This document shows positions 8,136-17,398 of a DNA stretch of 64,000 bases, one piece after another (the first letter of the stretch is position 1; each line of letters opens with the position of its first letter). The DNA lies in the NCBI GenBank assembly GCA_031416315.1, contig JANOTL010000130.1:23605-87604 (forward strand), given 5' to 3'. The notes below the pieces were generated by a model. The model saw only the letters and a list, made by a program, of their open reading frames with translations, searched no databases and had not been told where the DNA came from. A program made the position numbers and the translations under genes. This DNA comes from Pseudomonadota bacterium. Lineage in GTDB: Bacteria; Bdellovibrionota_B; Oligoflexia; Oligoflexales; CAIYRB01.

Positions 8136-9680
8136 ATGATGTTGAGAATTTTGACTGCATCGGTCATCGCGACCACTCTCTTTTCCTGCAGCGAAGCCAA
8201 GTTCGCCGGGACCAATCCCCACCGCTCGCGCACCGAGCCCAAGTCCGACGCCCCAAAGGGCCCGACTGCGGCGCCGGAAAATCCGACGAGCATCATCGCC
8301 ACCAACGGCGTCTCTTGCACGATCACCCCGGCGGTCGTGAAAGTCGGCGGCGCGGCGACGGTCAACGTCAGCTCGACGGCCGGCGAGACCGAGCTCTTCC
8401 AAACCGTCGTCATCGGCGAGATGAAGACCGAGACCCTGCTCGCGAAATCGGGCAGCGCCTACGCCGGTCAAGCCTCGGCTCCGGCCGCGGGCCTCTACAA
8501 AGTCGAGATCCGCAAGCTCGCGGGCAGCGCTGCCGCCGACGCGATCTGCGAATTCAACGCCACGGCCGACGGCACCATGCCGCAGACGCCGACGAATCCT
8601 GCCAATCCTGCGAATCCTTCGACGCCGAGCGATCCTGCCAACCCGTCGACGCCGAGCGATCCTTCGACCCCTGCCAACCCTGCCAACCCGTCGACGCCGA
8701 GTGATCCATCGATCCCGGCCAACCCGTCGACCCCGAGCGACCCGTCGAATCCGTCGACGCCGAGCGATCCTTCGACCCCGGCCAACCCCTCGACCCCCTC
8801 GACGCCTTCGACCCCGACGACGCCCTCGAACCCGATCGATCCGGTTCCGCCCTGCGAAGACACCGAGACCTCCATCGGCGCGCACCTGACCTTCATGATC
8901 GACAATTCCAACTCCAACGCCGCGACCGACTGCCCGAGCCCCACGAAGGTCGGCAGGTTCCAGAACGCCGACCTCTACGAATGCGGCGGCGAGACCAACC
9001 GTGAAAAAGCCGTCCTCGCGGCCTTCGACCTCCTGAACGCCGTCGCCGCGAAAGAGCCCGGCAACGCCATGGCGATTTCGAGCCTCGCGCTCACGTCCTT
9101 CCCCACCCGCGCCAACTACGTCGACGGCTTCGCCAAAGAGACCAACGGCATGATCGAAGTCTCGGCCCAGAGCCGCGGCCAAATCGCGAGCGCCATGGCC
9201 TTTGCCCGCAAGCCCTTCGGTCTCACGCCTTACGGCGCCGCCCTCGAAGGCGCGCAAGCGCAATTCGCCGGCTTGGCCGACGACGGCAAAGCCAAAGTCG
9301 CCGTGCTCGTCACGGACGGCGAGCCCACCGACCAAGACCCGGCCGGCGTCGCCGCCACCGCCCAAGCGCTGCGCGCCCAAGGCATCGACGTCATCACGGT
9401 GTTCTACACCGGCGCCGAAAGCCGCGAAGCGCGCCAGTCGAAGCACATCGCGATGCTGAAGCAGATCGACGACGCGAGCCGCTCGAGCGGTCACGGCACC
9501 TGGTACTCGAACGCGCTCGGCTCCTTCGACAACTACATCAAGACGCTGCTCGGCGGCGTCGGCCAGAAGAGCCTCGCCCAGCAGATCTCCTCCGGAATCG
9601 TCGAGATCAAGGACTCCAGCTCCCTCGAGCAAGCCTTCCTCGCGATCATCAAGACCAAGGCCATTCAGTGTCAGCGCTAA
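8136..9680 (+). CDS. von Willebrand factor A domain lipoprotein (paralog 2) with Pro-x-x repeat stalk
   Basis: AAGGA RBS then ATG 8136; lipobox LFSC; FMIDNSNSNAATDCPSPTK identical to paralog 1; VLVTDGEP. Confidence 0.87.
   Translation: MMLRILTASVIATTLFSCSEAKFAGTNPHRSRTEPKSDAPKGPTAAPENPTSIIATNGVSCTITPAVVKVGGAATVNVSSTAGETELFQTVVIGEMKTETLLAKSGSAYAGQASAPAAGLYKVEIRKLAGSAAADAICEFNATADGTMPQTPTNPANPANPSTPSDPANPSTPSDPSTPANPANPSTPSDPSIPANPSTPSDPSNPSTPSDPSTPANPSTPSTPSTPTTPSNPIDPVPPCEDTETSIGAHLTFMIDNSNSNAATDCPSPTKVGRFQNADLYECGGETNREKAVLAAFDLLNAVAAKEPGNAMAISSLALTSFPTRANYVDGFAKETNGMIEVSAQSRGQIASAMAFARKPFGLTPYGAALEGAQAQFAGLADDGKAKVAVLVTDGEPTDQDPAGVAATAQALRAQGIDVITVFYTGAESREARQSKHIAMLKQIDDASRSSGHGTWYSNALGSFDNYIKTLLGGVGQKSLAQQISSGIVEIKDSSSLEQAFLAIIKTKAIQCQR
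8580..8850 (+). repeat. Coding degenerate 9-nt tandem repeat (NPA/NPS/TPS/DPS)
   Basis: About 29 consecutive tripeptides with Pro at every third residue. Confidence 0.9.
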
Positions 9681-9731
9681 GACCTAGGTCTTTCGCCCAC
9701 TAGTGCATCAGCGATCATCCCATCGTCCCAA

Positions 9732-9770
9732 GGAGGACGGCTTTTCAAGCCGTCCTCCGATTTGTTTTTG
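9732..9770 (+). terminator. Rho-independent terminator
   Basis: Perfect 12-bp stem GGAGGACGGCTT / AAGCCGTCCTCC (9732-9758) followed by a T-rich tract. Confidence 0.85.
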
Positions 9771-9804
9771 TGGTATTGAAAAAGCCTCTAGATGAGGTTT
9801 TTCC

Positions 9805-11181
9805 ATGGCCGTCCAAGACATCCCCGCCATCGTCTCGCGTCAACGCCAATACTTCGAGACGAACGCGACGCGCCCGGTCGACTTCCGCATCGCCCAGCTG
9901 AAAGCGCTGAAGAAGGCGATGAAGGAGATGGAGCCCGAGCTACTCGCTGCGCTAGCCAAGGATCTCGGGAAGTCCGATTTCGAAGGCTACACTTCCGAGG
10001 TCGGCTTCACCTACGAAGAAATCAATCATACGATCGATCACGTCGCCGACTGGGCGCGTCCCGTCCGGGTCGCAACGCCCTTGCTGCATCAGCCGTCCTC
10101 CAGCCGCATCCACGCGCAGCCGAAGGGCGTGACGCTGATCATCGGACCCTGGAACTATCCCTTCCAACTTTTGATGTCGCCCTTGGTCGGCGCGCTCGGC
10201 GCCGGCAACACCGCCGTCCTGAAGGCGTCGGAGATCGCGCCGGCCACGGCCGCCGTGATCGCCAAGCTAGTCGAGAAGACGTTTAAGCCCGAGTACGTCG
10301 CCTACGTGGAAGGCGGCATCCCGGAGACGACCGAGCTCCTGAAGCAGCGCTTCGACCACATCTTCTTCACCGGCTCGATCCCCGTCGGCAAGATCGTCAT
10401 GCGCGCCGCGGCGGAGAATTTGACGCCGGTGACTTTGGAGCTCGGCGGTAAATCGCCGTGCTTCGTCGACAAGAAGGTCGACCTGAAAGTCGCCGCGCGC
10501 CGGATCGTCTGGGGCAAGTTCTACAACGCGGGCCAGACCTGCGTGGCGCCGGATTACCTGCTCGTCGACAAGGCCGTGAAGGCCGACCTGATGACGGCGA
10601 TGAAAGCGCAGATCAAGGAGTTCTTCGGCGAGGATCCGCAGAAAAGCCCGGACTACGGCCGCATCGTCAGCGATCGCCATTTCGACCGTCTGGTCGGCAT
10701 GGTGAAGGCGGGGAAGGTCGCCTTCGGCGGCGAAAGCGACAAGGCGACGCGCTACCTCGCGCCGACCGTGCTCGACGACGCGACGATGGCCGACAAGGCG
10801 ATGGAAGACGAGATCTTCGGGCCGATCCTGCCCGTCTTGACGGTCGACGACGTCTCGCACGCGCTGAAGCTCGCCAAGCAGCGTCCGAATCCGCTCGCCT
10901 GCTACGTCTTCACCAACGACTCAGACACCGAGGACCGCATCGTCGAGGAGCTCCCCTTCGGCGGCGGTTGCATCAACAACGCCTTGATCCATCTTGCCAA
11001 CCCCAATCTCCCGTTCGGCGGAGTGGGGGAGAGCGGCATGGGCGCCTATCACGGCAAGGACAGCTTCGACGTCTTCTCGCACCGCAAGGGTCTCGTGAAG
11101 ACCTCGACCTTGGTCGACGTGAAGCTCAAGTATCCGCCGTACGCGGGACGCCTCAGCCTCATCAAGAAATTCATGCGCTGA
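9805..11181 (+). CDS. NAD(P)-dependent aldehyde dehydrogenase (ALDH3/fatty-aldehyde type)
   Basis: IGPWNYP, LKASE, FFTGS, TLELGGKSP, NAGQTCVAPDY (catalytic Cys), DEIFGPILP, LPFGGVGESGMG. Confidence 0.95.
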   Translation: MAVQDIPAIVSRQRQYFETNATRPVDFRIAQLKALKKAMKEMEPELLAALAKDLGKSDFEGYTSEVGFTYEEINHTIDHVADWARPVRVATPLLHQPSSSRIHAQPKGVTLIIGPWNYPFQLLMSPLVGALGAGNTAVLKASEIAPATAAVIAKLVEKTFKPEYVAYVEGGIPETTELLKQRFDHIFFTGSIPVGKIVMRAAAENLTPVTLELGGKSPCFVDKKVDLKVAARRIVWGKFYNAGQTCVAPDYLLVDKAVKADLMTAMKAQIKEFFGEDPQKSPDYGRIVSDRHFDRLVGMVKAGKVAFGGESDKATRYLAPTVLDDATMADKAMEDEIFGPILPVLTVDDVSHALKLAKQRPNPLACYVFTNDSDTEDRIVEELPFGGGCINNALIHLANPNLPFGGVGESGMGAYHGKDSFDVFSHRKGLVKTSTLVDVKLKYPPYAGRLSLIKKFMR

Positions 11182-11343
11182 GTCGGCTCCGGGCTTCGGC
11201 TTTGTGCACACCGCCAGATCGGGTCCGGATCGCGCTCGTCAGCGATTCCGCCCGATCCCCTTGTGTTTTCTTCCGCCTGTGTAGAAAATGATAACCACTC
11301 ATCCCGTGACATATCGATCCGAGTTCGTGAAAAGGAGCTGCCC

Positions 11344-14085
11344 GTGTTCCTGCGGCCGTCGTCCTTCGCCAAAATGGCAAGCCTCAGCGTCGTCCTGATC
11401 ACCGCGATTCTGGTGACGTGGGCCTGTAAGCCGCGTAACAGCGCGTCGAAGGTGAAAGAAGGCGATGCCTACGCCTACGACGACTCCTACGTCGGGCCGA
11501 ATATGTCGTCGCCCGAATGTGCGGCCGATGCCTCGAAGTGCAAATGCTTCTTGGGGAACGAATACGACAAGTACGCGAGCGAGCCGGAAGGCTCGCCGAA
11601 GAAGAAAGAATGGTACCGCCAGTGCATCGGCCAGGAGCTTTGGGCCTTTGCGACCGGCACGTCGAGTCGCTACCACACCTACACCGTAGCGCAGCGCCAG
11701 AACGTCCCCGGCGACACCGCGCTCGTGTTTCACACGGATGACCGTGAGCACCGCTTCAAGAACTGGGGCCTCGTCAACGACCCCAACTGCTGCCGCCCGC
11801 GCTCGAAGGCCGGAGCCAACGACGGCACCTGTCCCGACAGCGTCAAGTTCACCCAGGAAGACACGTACGGGATGGACTTCTGCCCGGGCGACGAAGAGCT
11901 GTTGAAATACGTCGGCAATCCGGACATGGACTACACCAAGGCCGACAAGGGCTGCCATCTCTCGAAGCTCGAAGACCGCATCAAGGCCGGCATCCGCACC
12001 ACCGTCGGCGGTGACGACACGGCGGCCAAGCGCTCCGACTCCTGCTACGTCGAGCTCGGCACCTCGCTTGGCGCCGTCGGCTTCCGCAAGTTTCCGAACC
12101 CCCGCTTCGACCGCGAGAAGTGGAAGAAGCTGAACAACGGCGACGTCGCGTCCTGGGAAAACTACAGCTGGCGCGAGTCGGGCAAGAAGGGCGCGCCGAA
12201 CTACGGCAAGGCCAAAGCCGGCACCAACCGCATCGACGACGGCTCGGTCGAGCCGCCCTTCCACTCGTCGCAGAGCTGCGGCTCCTGCCACGTCGGCTTC
12301 GCCCCGACCAGTCCGCCGAAGGACGTCGCCAATCCGAAGTGGGAGAACATCCAGTACGCGATCGGCAACACCTTTATCCACGACACCGAGATCCACGCCT
12401 CGGGCGCGCCCCAAGGCGGCTTCGAGCACGAATACATCATGTATTCCCGCCGCGGCGTCGTCGACACGTCAGCCGCGACCAACGATTACGTTTACAACCC
12501 CGGCACGTTCAACGCCATCATCAACCTGGACCGCCGCCCCGGCTTCATCGATCCGAAGCTGAAAGACCAGTTTCCGAACACGATCGACCGTTTCAAAGAA
12601 GTCGTCTCGACTTACCGCCGCGACGTCTCCGGCAAGTTCGTCTACGGCACGAAGACCGAGCAGATTGCGCACATCCTGAAGGGCGGCGAAGACTCCGTCG
12701 ACGCTTCCGGCGGCATCATGCGGGTCTACGCCAACATCTTCTCTTGCACCGAGACCTGCCTCGCCAACCACCTGGACGATCCGAAGTCCTTCTCGGGCCG
12801 GGGCTCGCGCCAGACGCCCTTCGAGATCGAGCAGTGCCGCCGTGACTGCCCCGGATACGCGGCGCTCGAGGACCGCGTCTATGACATCCTCGACTTCCTC
12901 CTGCACGTCCGCCCGAATGACCTAAAAGACGCCAAAGACCCGGAAGGCGTCGAGGGCGGCGGCGTCGACGGCGCCAAGATCGTCGAAGAGATCATGCAGA
13001 AGAAGGTCGACGAGTCCAGCGAGCCCGGCAGCTGGTACGCCGCCGGCAAGCAGGTCTTCGGCGAGAAGTGCGCCAAGTGCCATTCCAACATGGCGGGACA
13101 AGAAGCCCGCGCCGGACTCGTGGAGAACGGCAACGTCAGGGACATCGACGTCAACAAGTTCGTCGCCAACGCCGACAAGCGCGACGAGGCCGGCGTCCGC
13201 CAGGAGTGGTTCGGCTCCGACGTCAACGTGCCGCAAAAGGTCGTCGACACGTTCCGCTGCCGCTCCCTGCACACGAACCACATGGAAGGTCATCTCTGGG
13301 AAGGCTACGGCTCAGACACATACCGGGGGCGCGCGCGCTACGACGTGGCGGGCGACGACGTCTTTAATTACCCGGAAGAGCGCCTGAACAAGGACAACCT
13401 GGGCGGCCGTGGCTTCTACCGCAACATCTCCCTCATCAATGCCTGGGCGCACGCGCCGTTCATGCACAACAACGGCTTAGGCCCTGACTGGGATTCGCCC
13501 TTCCTCGCGCCCGACCGCGGCTCGCCGACCAAGTGGAAGAAGCTCGAGCCGATCCCCTCGGTGAAGCAGCGCCTCGCTATGTACCAGCAGTCGATGGAAC
13601 AGCTCTTCATGCCCGAGGACAAGCGGGAGAAGACCGGCAACATCCCCTTCAAGGTCATGACGACGGCCAACCCGATCACCTTCATCTCGATCCCGATGAT
13701 CCCGGAGCTGCCCGACTCCGTGTGGAAGCTCGGCGAGTTCGCCAAGAGCCTTCTCGTCGAGGACTGGGGCGCCATCAAGGTCGGGATCCCCGCTGGCATG
13801 CCGACCGCGGTCTTCTCCTCGATCCGCATCAAGCAAGTGATGCACGACCTGATGCAGGCGATCAAGGACGAGCCGACGCCGAAGACGAAGGCGATCGCCG
13901 CGCAGAAGTTCATCGACGGCGTCTTCGGCAACCTGGCGAATCCTGACCCGCGCAAGATCGCCTCGCAGCTCGCGCAGAAGGGCTACTCCAACTGCGCCGA
14001 CATCCGCGACAACGGCGGCCACGAGTTCTCCGACATGAACGACACGCAGAAAGCGCAGATCATCGATTTCGTCAAGACGCTCTGA
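11344..14085 (+). CDS. Di-heme c-type cytochrome lipoprotein, CCP/MauG/RoxA superfamily-like, uncharacterised
   Basis: AAGGAG RBS before GTG 11344; lipobox TWAC; CGSCH (12277-12291) and CAKCH (13069-13083); MauG/RoxA-type WAHAPFMHNN; C-terminal GHEF...KAQIIDFVKTL. Confidence 0.8.
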   Translation: MFLRPSSFAKMASLSVVLITAILVTWACKPRNSASKVKEGDAYAYDDSYVGPNMSSPECAADASKCKCFLGNEYDKYASEPEGSPKKKEWYRQCIGQELWAFATGTSSRYHTYTVAQRQNVPGDTALVFHTDDREHRFKNWGLVNDPNCCRPRSKAGANDGTCPDSVKFTQEDTYGMDFCPGDEELLKYVGNPDMDYTKADKGCHLSKLEDRIKAGIRTTVGGDDTAAKRSDSCYVELGTSLGAVGFRKFPNPRFDREKWKKLNNGDVASWENYSWRESGKKGAPNYGKAKAGTNRIDDGSVEPPFHSSQSCGSCHVGFAPTSPPKDVANPKWENIQYAIGNTFIHDTEIHASGAPQGGFEHEYIMYSRRGVVDTSAATNDYVYNPGTFNAIINLDRRPGFIDPKLKDQFPNTIDRFKEVVSTYRRDVSGKFVYGTKTEQIAHILKGGEDSVDASGGIMRVYANIFSCTETCLANHLDDPKSFSGRGSRQTPFEIEQCRRDCPGYAALEDRVYDILDFLLHVRPNDLKDAKDPEGVEGGGVDGAKIVEEIMQKKVDESSEPGSWYAAGKQVFGEKCAKCHSNMAGQEARAGLVENGNVRDIDVNKFVANADKRDEAGVRQEWFGSDVNVPQKVVDTFRCRSLHTNHMEGHLWEGYGSDTYRGRARYDVAGDDVFNYPEERLNKDNLGGRGFYRNISLINAWAHAPFMHNNGLGPDWDSPFLAPDRGSPTKWKKLEPIPSVKQRLAMYQQSMEQLFMPEDKREKTGNIPFKVMTTANPITFISIPMIPELPDSVWKLGEFAKSLLVEDWGAIKVGIPAGMPTAVFSSIRIKQVMHDLMQAIKDEPTPKTKAIAAQKFIDGVFGNLANPDPRKIASQLAQKGYSNCADIRDNGGHEFSDMNDTQKAQIIDFVKTL

Positions 14086-14110
14086 ACTGACGACCAGGAG
14101 CCCTGCCGCC

Positions 14111-15019
14111 ATGAAAAACGCGCTCTTCGTCACGCTGGCTCTCACCGCTTCGTCGGTCTTTGCCGCGGACTTCGACTACACCGCCGACCGCGAGTTCCAG
14201 ATCAAGTACCCCGACCTCGCCTGCGTCGACACCGGCCCGCTCGCGCGCGAAGAGGCCGAGGCGATGACGGCGGCGAAGCTCCAGGAGATGGGCCGGAAGG
14301 ACAAGATCGAGGTCAAGCGGGGCCCCTGCTTCGGCGACGCCAAGAATGCCACCGCGGACGTCGAGCAGACCATCACCGGCTCTGAGTATCTGGACCGCCT
14401 CTACGCGCGCCTCACCTCGGGCCCGATCCCGCACGGCTTCTACAACGGCAAAGTGATCATCTCGCGCGACCGCGGCATCAAGTCCGTCGCCGAGCTCGGC
14501 GTGTGGATGCCGAAGGAAGACAAGATCGAGAAGATCGCCGAGCGCATGTGGTCGGGCAAATACTTCGACCGCGACAAGATGTACCTGAAAAACCGCATCA
14601 ACCTCGACGGCGTCAGCTGGAACTCCTTGCCGAAGAACATCGAAGACAAGCGCATGAAGTTCCCGGCCAAGCTCTATTGCGGCCAGAGCCTCTTCGACTC
14701 GCGTCGCGAGTCGCTCGTCATCGACTACAAGTACGGCATCGAGGACCGTCCCGAAGGCGTCGAGACCGACAAGACGATCGACTGGCTCGCCGGCAAAAAG
14801 GGCCTCGCCGTGCGCGACGAGGTGCGCATGATCCGCCCGGGCCTCCTCCTCGGCCGCGCCTACATGCACGGCGCCTTCGGCCTCTACTTCGTCCTCGAGT
14901 ACGCGCCCGGCACGGGCAAGGACCCGAGCTGGGACGAGCCGGACGCCTGCTGGATCGGCCACCAGCGCCAGATCCTGACCAAGAAGAAACCGTCCGACTA
15001 CTCGCCGCGCGGCATCTGA
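14111..15019 (+). CDS. Secreted hypothetical protein with 'IDY...RDEVR..PG..LGRAY' beta-rich domain
   Basis: AGGAG RBS; signal peptide SVFA; WSGKYF, FPAKLYCGQSLFDSRRESLVIDY, RDEVRMIRPGLLLGRAY. Confidence 0.85.
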   Translation: MKNALFVTLALTASSVFAADFDYTADREFQIKYPDLACVDTGPLAREEAEAMTAAKLQEMGRKDKIEVKRGPCFGDAKNATADVEQTITGSEYLDRLYARLTSGPIPHGFYNGKVIISRDRGIKSVAELGVWMPKEDKIEKIAERMWSGKYFDRDKMYLKNRINLDGVSWNSLPKNIEDKRMKFPAKLYCGQSLFDSRRESLVIDYKYGIEDRPEGVETDKTIDWLAGKKGLAVRDEVRMIRPGLLLGRAYMHGAFGLYFVLEYAPGTGKDPSWDEPDACWIGHQRQILTKKKPSDYSPRGI

Positions 15020-15051
15020 TGACACAGGGACCCATCGGAGGACTCAGCACC

Positions 15052-16872
15052 GTGAAGACCCTCGTTTCCGCCGCCGCGACCGCGCTGGCACTGCACCTCC
15101 TCGCCGCGACCTCGGCCTTGGCCCTCGAGGCGTCTGCCGACTCGAAGCCGGTCGTCGGTCGCTCGCTGTTCGATTACATGGTCACGAAGACCACGGGCGA
15201 CACGGCGACTTATGACGTCCCGTTCCCGTTCGAGAAGCTCATGGCCGAGCTCGCGAAAAAGTCGCAGGGCACGGTCGGCGGCGCCGCCAACCTGCCGGCT
15301 ATGCTCCTGATCCCGAGCGGACGCTCGCTGCAGAAGGACCACACCGACATCTCCGCGCCGCGCGTCATCGCCGCCTTCACGGAGCATCCGCTCAAGGGCA
15401 ACGACGTCAGCCTCACGGTTCGCGACCGCATCTACATCGGCTACGCCGCGAAAGCGAACCAGGTCGAGGTCATCAGCTACAACGAGCAAGCCGGGCGCTA
15501 CGAGTTCCAGATCATCGCCGACTACCGCGAAGGCGGCATGAAGCGCGTCATGTATGCGAACCGCGCCTTCTGCGTCGAGTGCCACAAAGCGCAGACGCCG
15601 ATCTTCGCCAAGAACACTTGGGACGAGACCAACGCCAACCTGGGCGTCGCGAGCGCGATGGAGAAACAGAGCGCGACTGAAGCGACCGACACCTTCTTCG
15701 GCGTCGTGCGCACGCGTGGCAACAAAGGTCTTTCCTACGCGATCGACACCTCGACGGACCGCGGCGGGCGCCTGCCGACCGTCTCCCGCTTTTGGCAAAA
15801 CGGCTGCAAAATGGCTTCCGGCGGCCTCAAGCCGGAAGACTGTCGGGCTGCGATCTTCCTTTACGGCCTCGCCGCCGCGCAGGGCCTCGAGCCCGACGCC
15901 GTCCCTGGCGTCGCCGCCTACGCCGACGTGCTCAAGGCCTTCAAGGCGAGCTTGACCGAGCAACAGCTCCGCTTTTATGTCGGCGACATCGCCAACCGGA
16001 ACCCCTCCGGCTTCGAGCAGATGCAGATGCTGCAGATGCCAGAGGAGTCGGACCGCATCGCCCTTTGGCAGAAGAACCTCGCCGCGAATCGCGAGATCGA
16101 GGAGTCGGAGGATCCTAAGCAGGCGCCGCTCCAGGCCTACGACTGGAGCCCGGGCGTAGACACCGCGAAGCAGGCCTTGGACCTCACCATCTCGACCATC
16201 TCGGGATTCGTGACGCCGAGCGAGCGCGGCGCGCTGCCGAAAGAGGCCGCGAAGCTGGCCTCCGCGGTGAAGACGGCGCTCGCCGCAGGCGGCGAGGACC
16301 AACCGTTTGGCGAGATGCCCCTGCGCAAAGGCGCGCTCATGGGTCCCTTCTTCAAGGCCGCTGGCGTCACCCAGATCGGCGGCTTCCCTGTAACAAATGG
16401 ATATCACGATAATAAATCGAAGATGCCGAGCATCGAGGTCGACACTGGCGGCGCCGCCACGGGCTCCGGCCTCTTTGCCATCGAGAACTATTGCGGCACC
16501 TCGTGCCACGGCGTGCAGGGCTTCGGCGACGGCATTGACTTCCTCGCCCGCGACGCCAACACGACCGACAAAGACCTCTGGATCAAGATGATCAAGAGGG
16601 AAAAGGGCGAGATCTGCAAGCGCATGGATTGGACCGACCCCACCGTCACCGCGATGGCCCGGATGCCGCGCCCGCCGCGCATGCAGGACTTCTTGAAGGA
16701 CGAGAAAGAGAAGGGCGTCTCCGACCGCAAGATCTTGATTGAGACGTATCGCGATAAACTCCTGGAGATCGCGGGCAACCCCGAGCAGCTCGCGGCCGTG
16801 GGCCTCAGCGCGGACGAGCTCAACGCCATCGCCGCCAAGTGCAAATGGACCAAATACGTCGAGGCGAACTGA
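15052..16872 (+). CDS. Secreted c-type cytochrome-like hypothetical protein
   Basis: GGAGGA RBS before GTG 15052 (alternative ATG 15019); signal peptide SALA; CVECH (15571-15585) and atypical CGTSCH (16492-16509). Confidence 0.8.
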   Translation: MKTLVSAAATALALHLLAATSALALEASADSKPVVGRSLFDYMVTKTTGDTATYDVPFPFEKLMAELAKKSQGTVGGAANLPAMLLIPSGRSLQKDHTDISAPRVIAAFTEHPLKGNDVSLTVRDRIYIGYAAKANQVEVISYNEQAGRYEFQIIADYREGGMKRVMYANRAFCVECHKAQTPIFAKNTWDETNANLGVASAMEKQSATEATDTFFGVVRTRGNKGLSYAIDTSTDRGGRLPTVSRFWQNGCKMASGGLKPEDCRAAIFLYGLAAAQGLEPDAVPGVAAYADVLKAFKASLTEQQLRFYVGDIANRNPSGFEQMQMLQMPEESDRIALWQKNLAANREIEESEDPKQAPLQAYDWSPGVDTAKQALDLTISTISGFVTPSERGALPKEAAKLASAVKTALAAGGEDQPFGEMPLRKGALMGPFFKAAGVTQIGGFPVTNGYHDNKSKMPSIEVDTGGAATGSGLFAIENYCGTSCHGVQGFGDGIDFLARDANTTDKDLWIKMIKREKGEICKRMDWTDPTVTAMARMPRPPRMQDFLKDEKEKGVSDRKILIETYRDKLLEIAGNPEQLAAVGLSADELNAIAAKCKWTKYVEAN

Positions 16873-16874
16873 TC

Positions 16875-17339
16875 ATGAAAAAATACCTCGGACTCGTCCT
16901 CTTGCTGATCACGGCGTGCAAGACGCCGAACACCGACAATTCCTTGAAGAACGCCGAGCTGAAGACGTCGCCGGAGTTCGTGGCCCCCGAGCCGAAGTGC
17001 GCTCTCGACCAGAAGACCTGGGCTGGCCGCATGGGCATCAGGCTGAAGGATGGCAGCGGCGCTGCCGAGATCGAGTGCGTGGTCGTGGGCGAAGGGCTCC
17101 ATCACATAGGCCTCAAGGTCGGCGACAAGATCAAGGCGTTGAACGGCGGCGAGAAGGTCGCCTCCGTCACCGGCTTCGAGACGGCCGCGAGCAAGGTCGC
17201 CGGCGCGGTCACCAAGCGTTGGCGCGCCTTCCAGTTCCAAGTCGACCGCGGTGGCGCCGAGCAGACGGTGAAGGCCTCGGACGAGTACCCGGGCTGCAGC
17301 CTCTTCAGCTACGACGATTGCGGTCCACTGGCGCAATGA
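16875..17339 (+). CDS. Small lipoprotein, unknown function
   Basis: MKKYLGLVLLLITAC lipobox; starts 2 nt after the upstream stop; four further Cys. Confidence 0.8.
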   Translation: MKKYLGLVLLLITACKTPNTDNSLKNAELKTSPEFVAPEPKCALDQKTWAGRMGIRLKDGSGAAEIECVVVGEGLHHIGLKVGDKIKALNGGEKVASVTGFETAASKVAGAVTKRWRAFQFQVDRGGAEQTVKASDEYPGCSLFSYDDCGPLAQ

Positions 17340-17369
17340 AGCCCGCCGGCTAGTAGGCCGACGGGCTTC
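17338..17369. terminator. Hairpin between convergent genes (probable terminator)
   Basis: GAAGCCCGCCGGC-TAGTAG-GCCGACGGGCTTC, 13-bp stem with one mismatch. Confidence 0.6.
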
Positions 17370-17398
17370 TGTTGTCCGCTTGCAGGCCGGATCCGACC

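Noticed and set aside
8580..8850. Tandem repeats as a CRISPR array or non-coding VNTR (also 62430-62765)
   Set aside because: Degenerate in-frame coding repeats with no unique spacers and no cas genes.
11217..11256. Imperfect hairpin between the ALDH and the di-heme gene as a REP element or ncRNA
   Set aside because: Single copy with an imperfect stem; at most a weak terminator or stability element.
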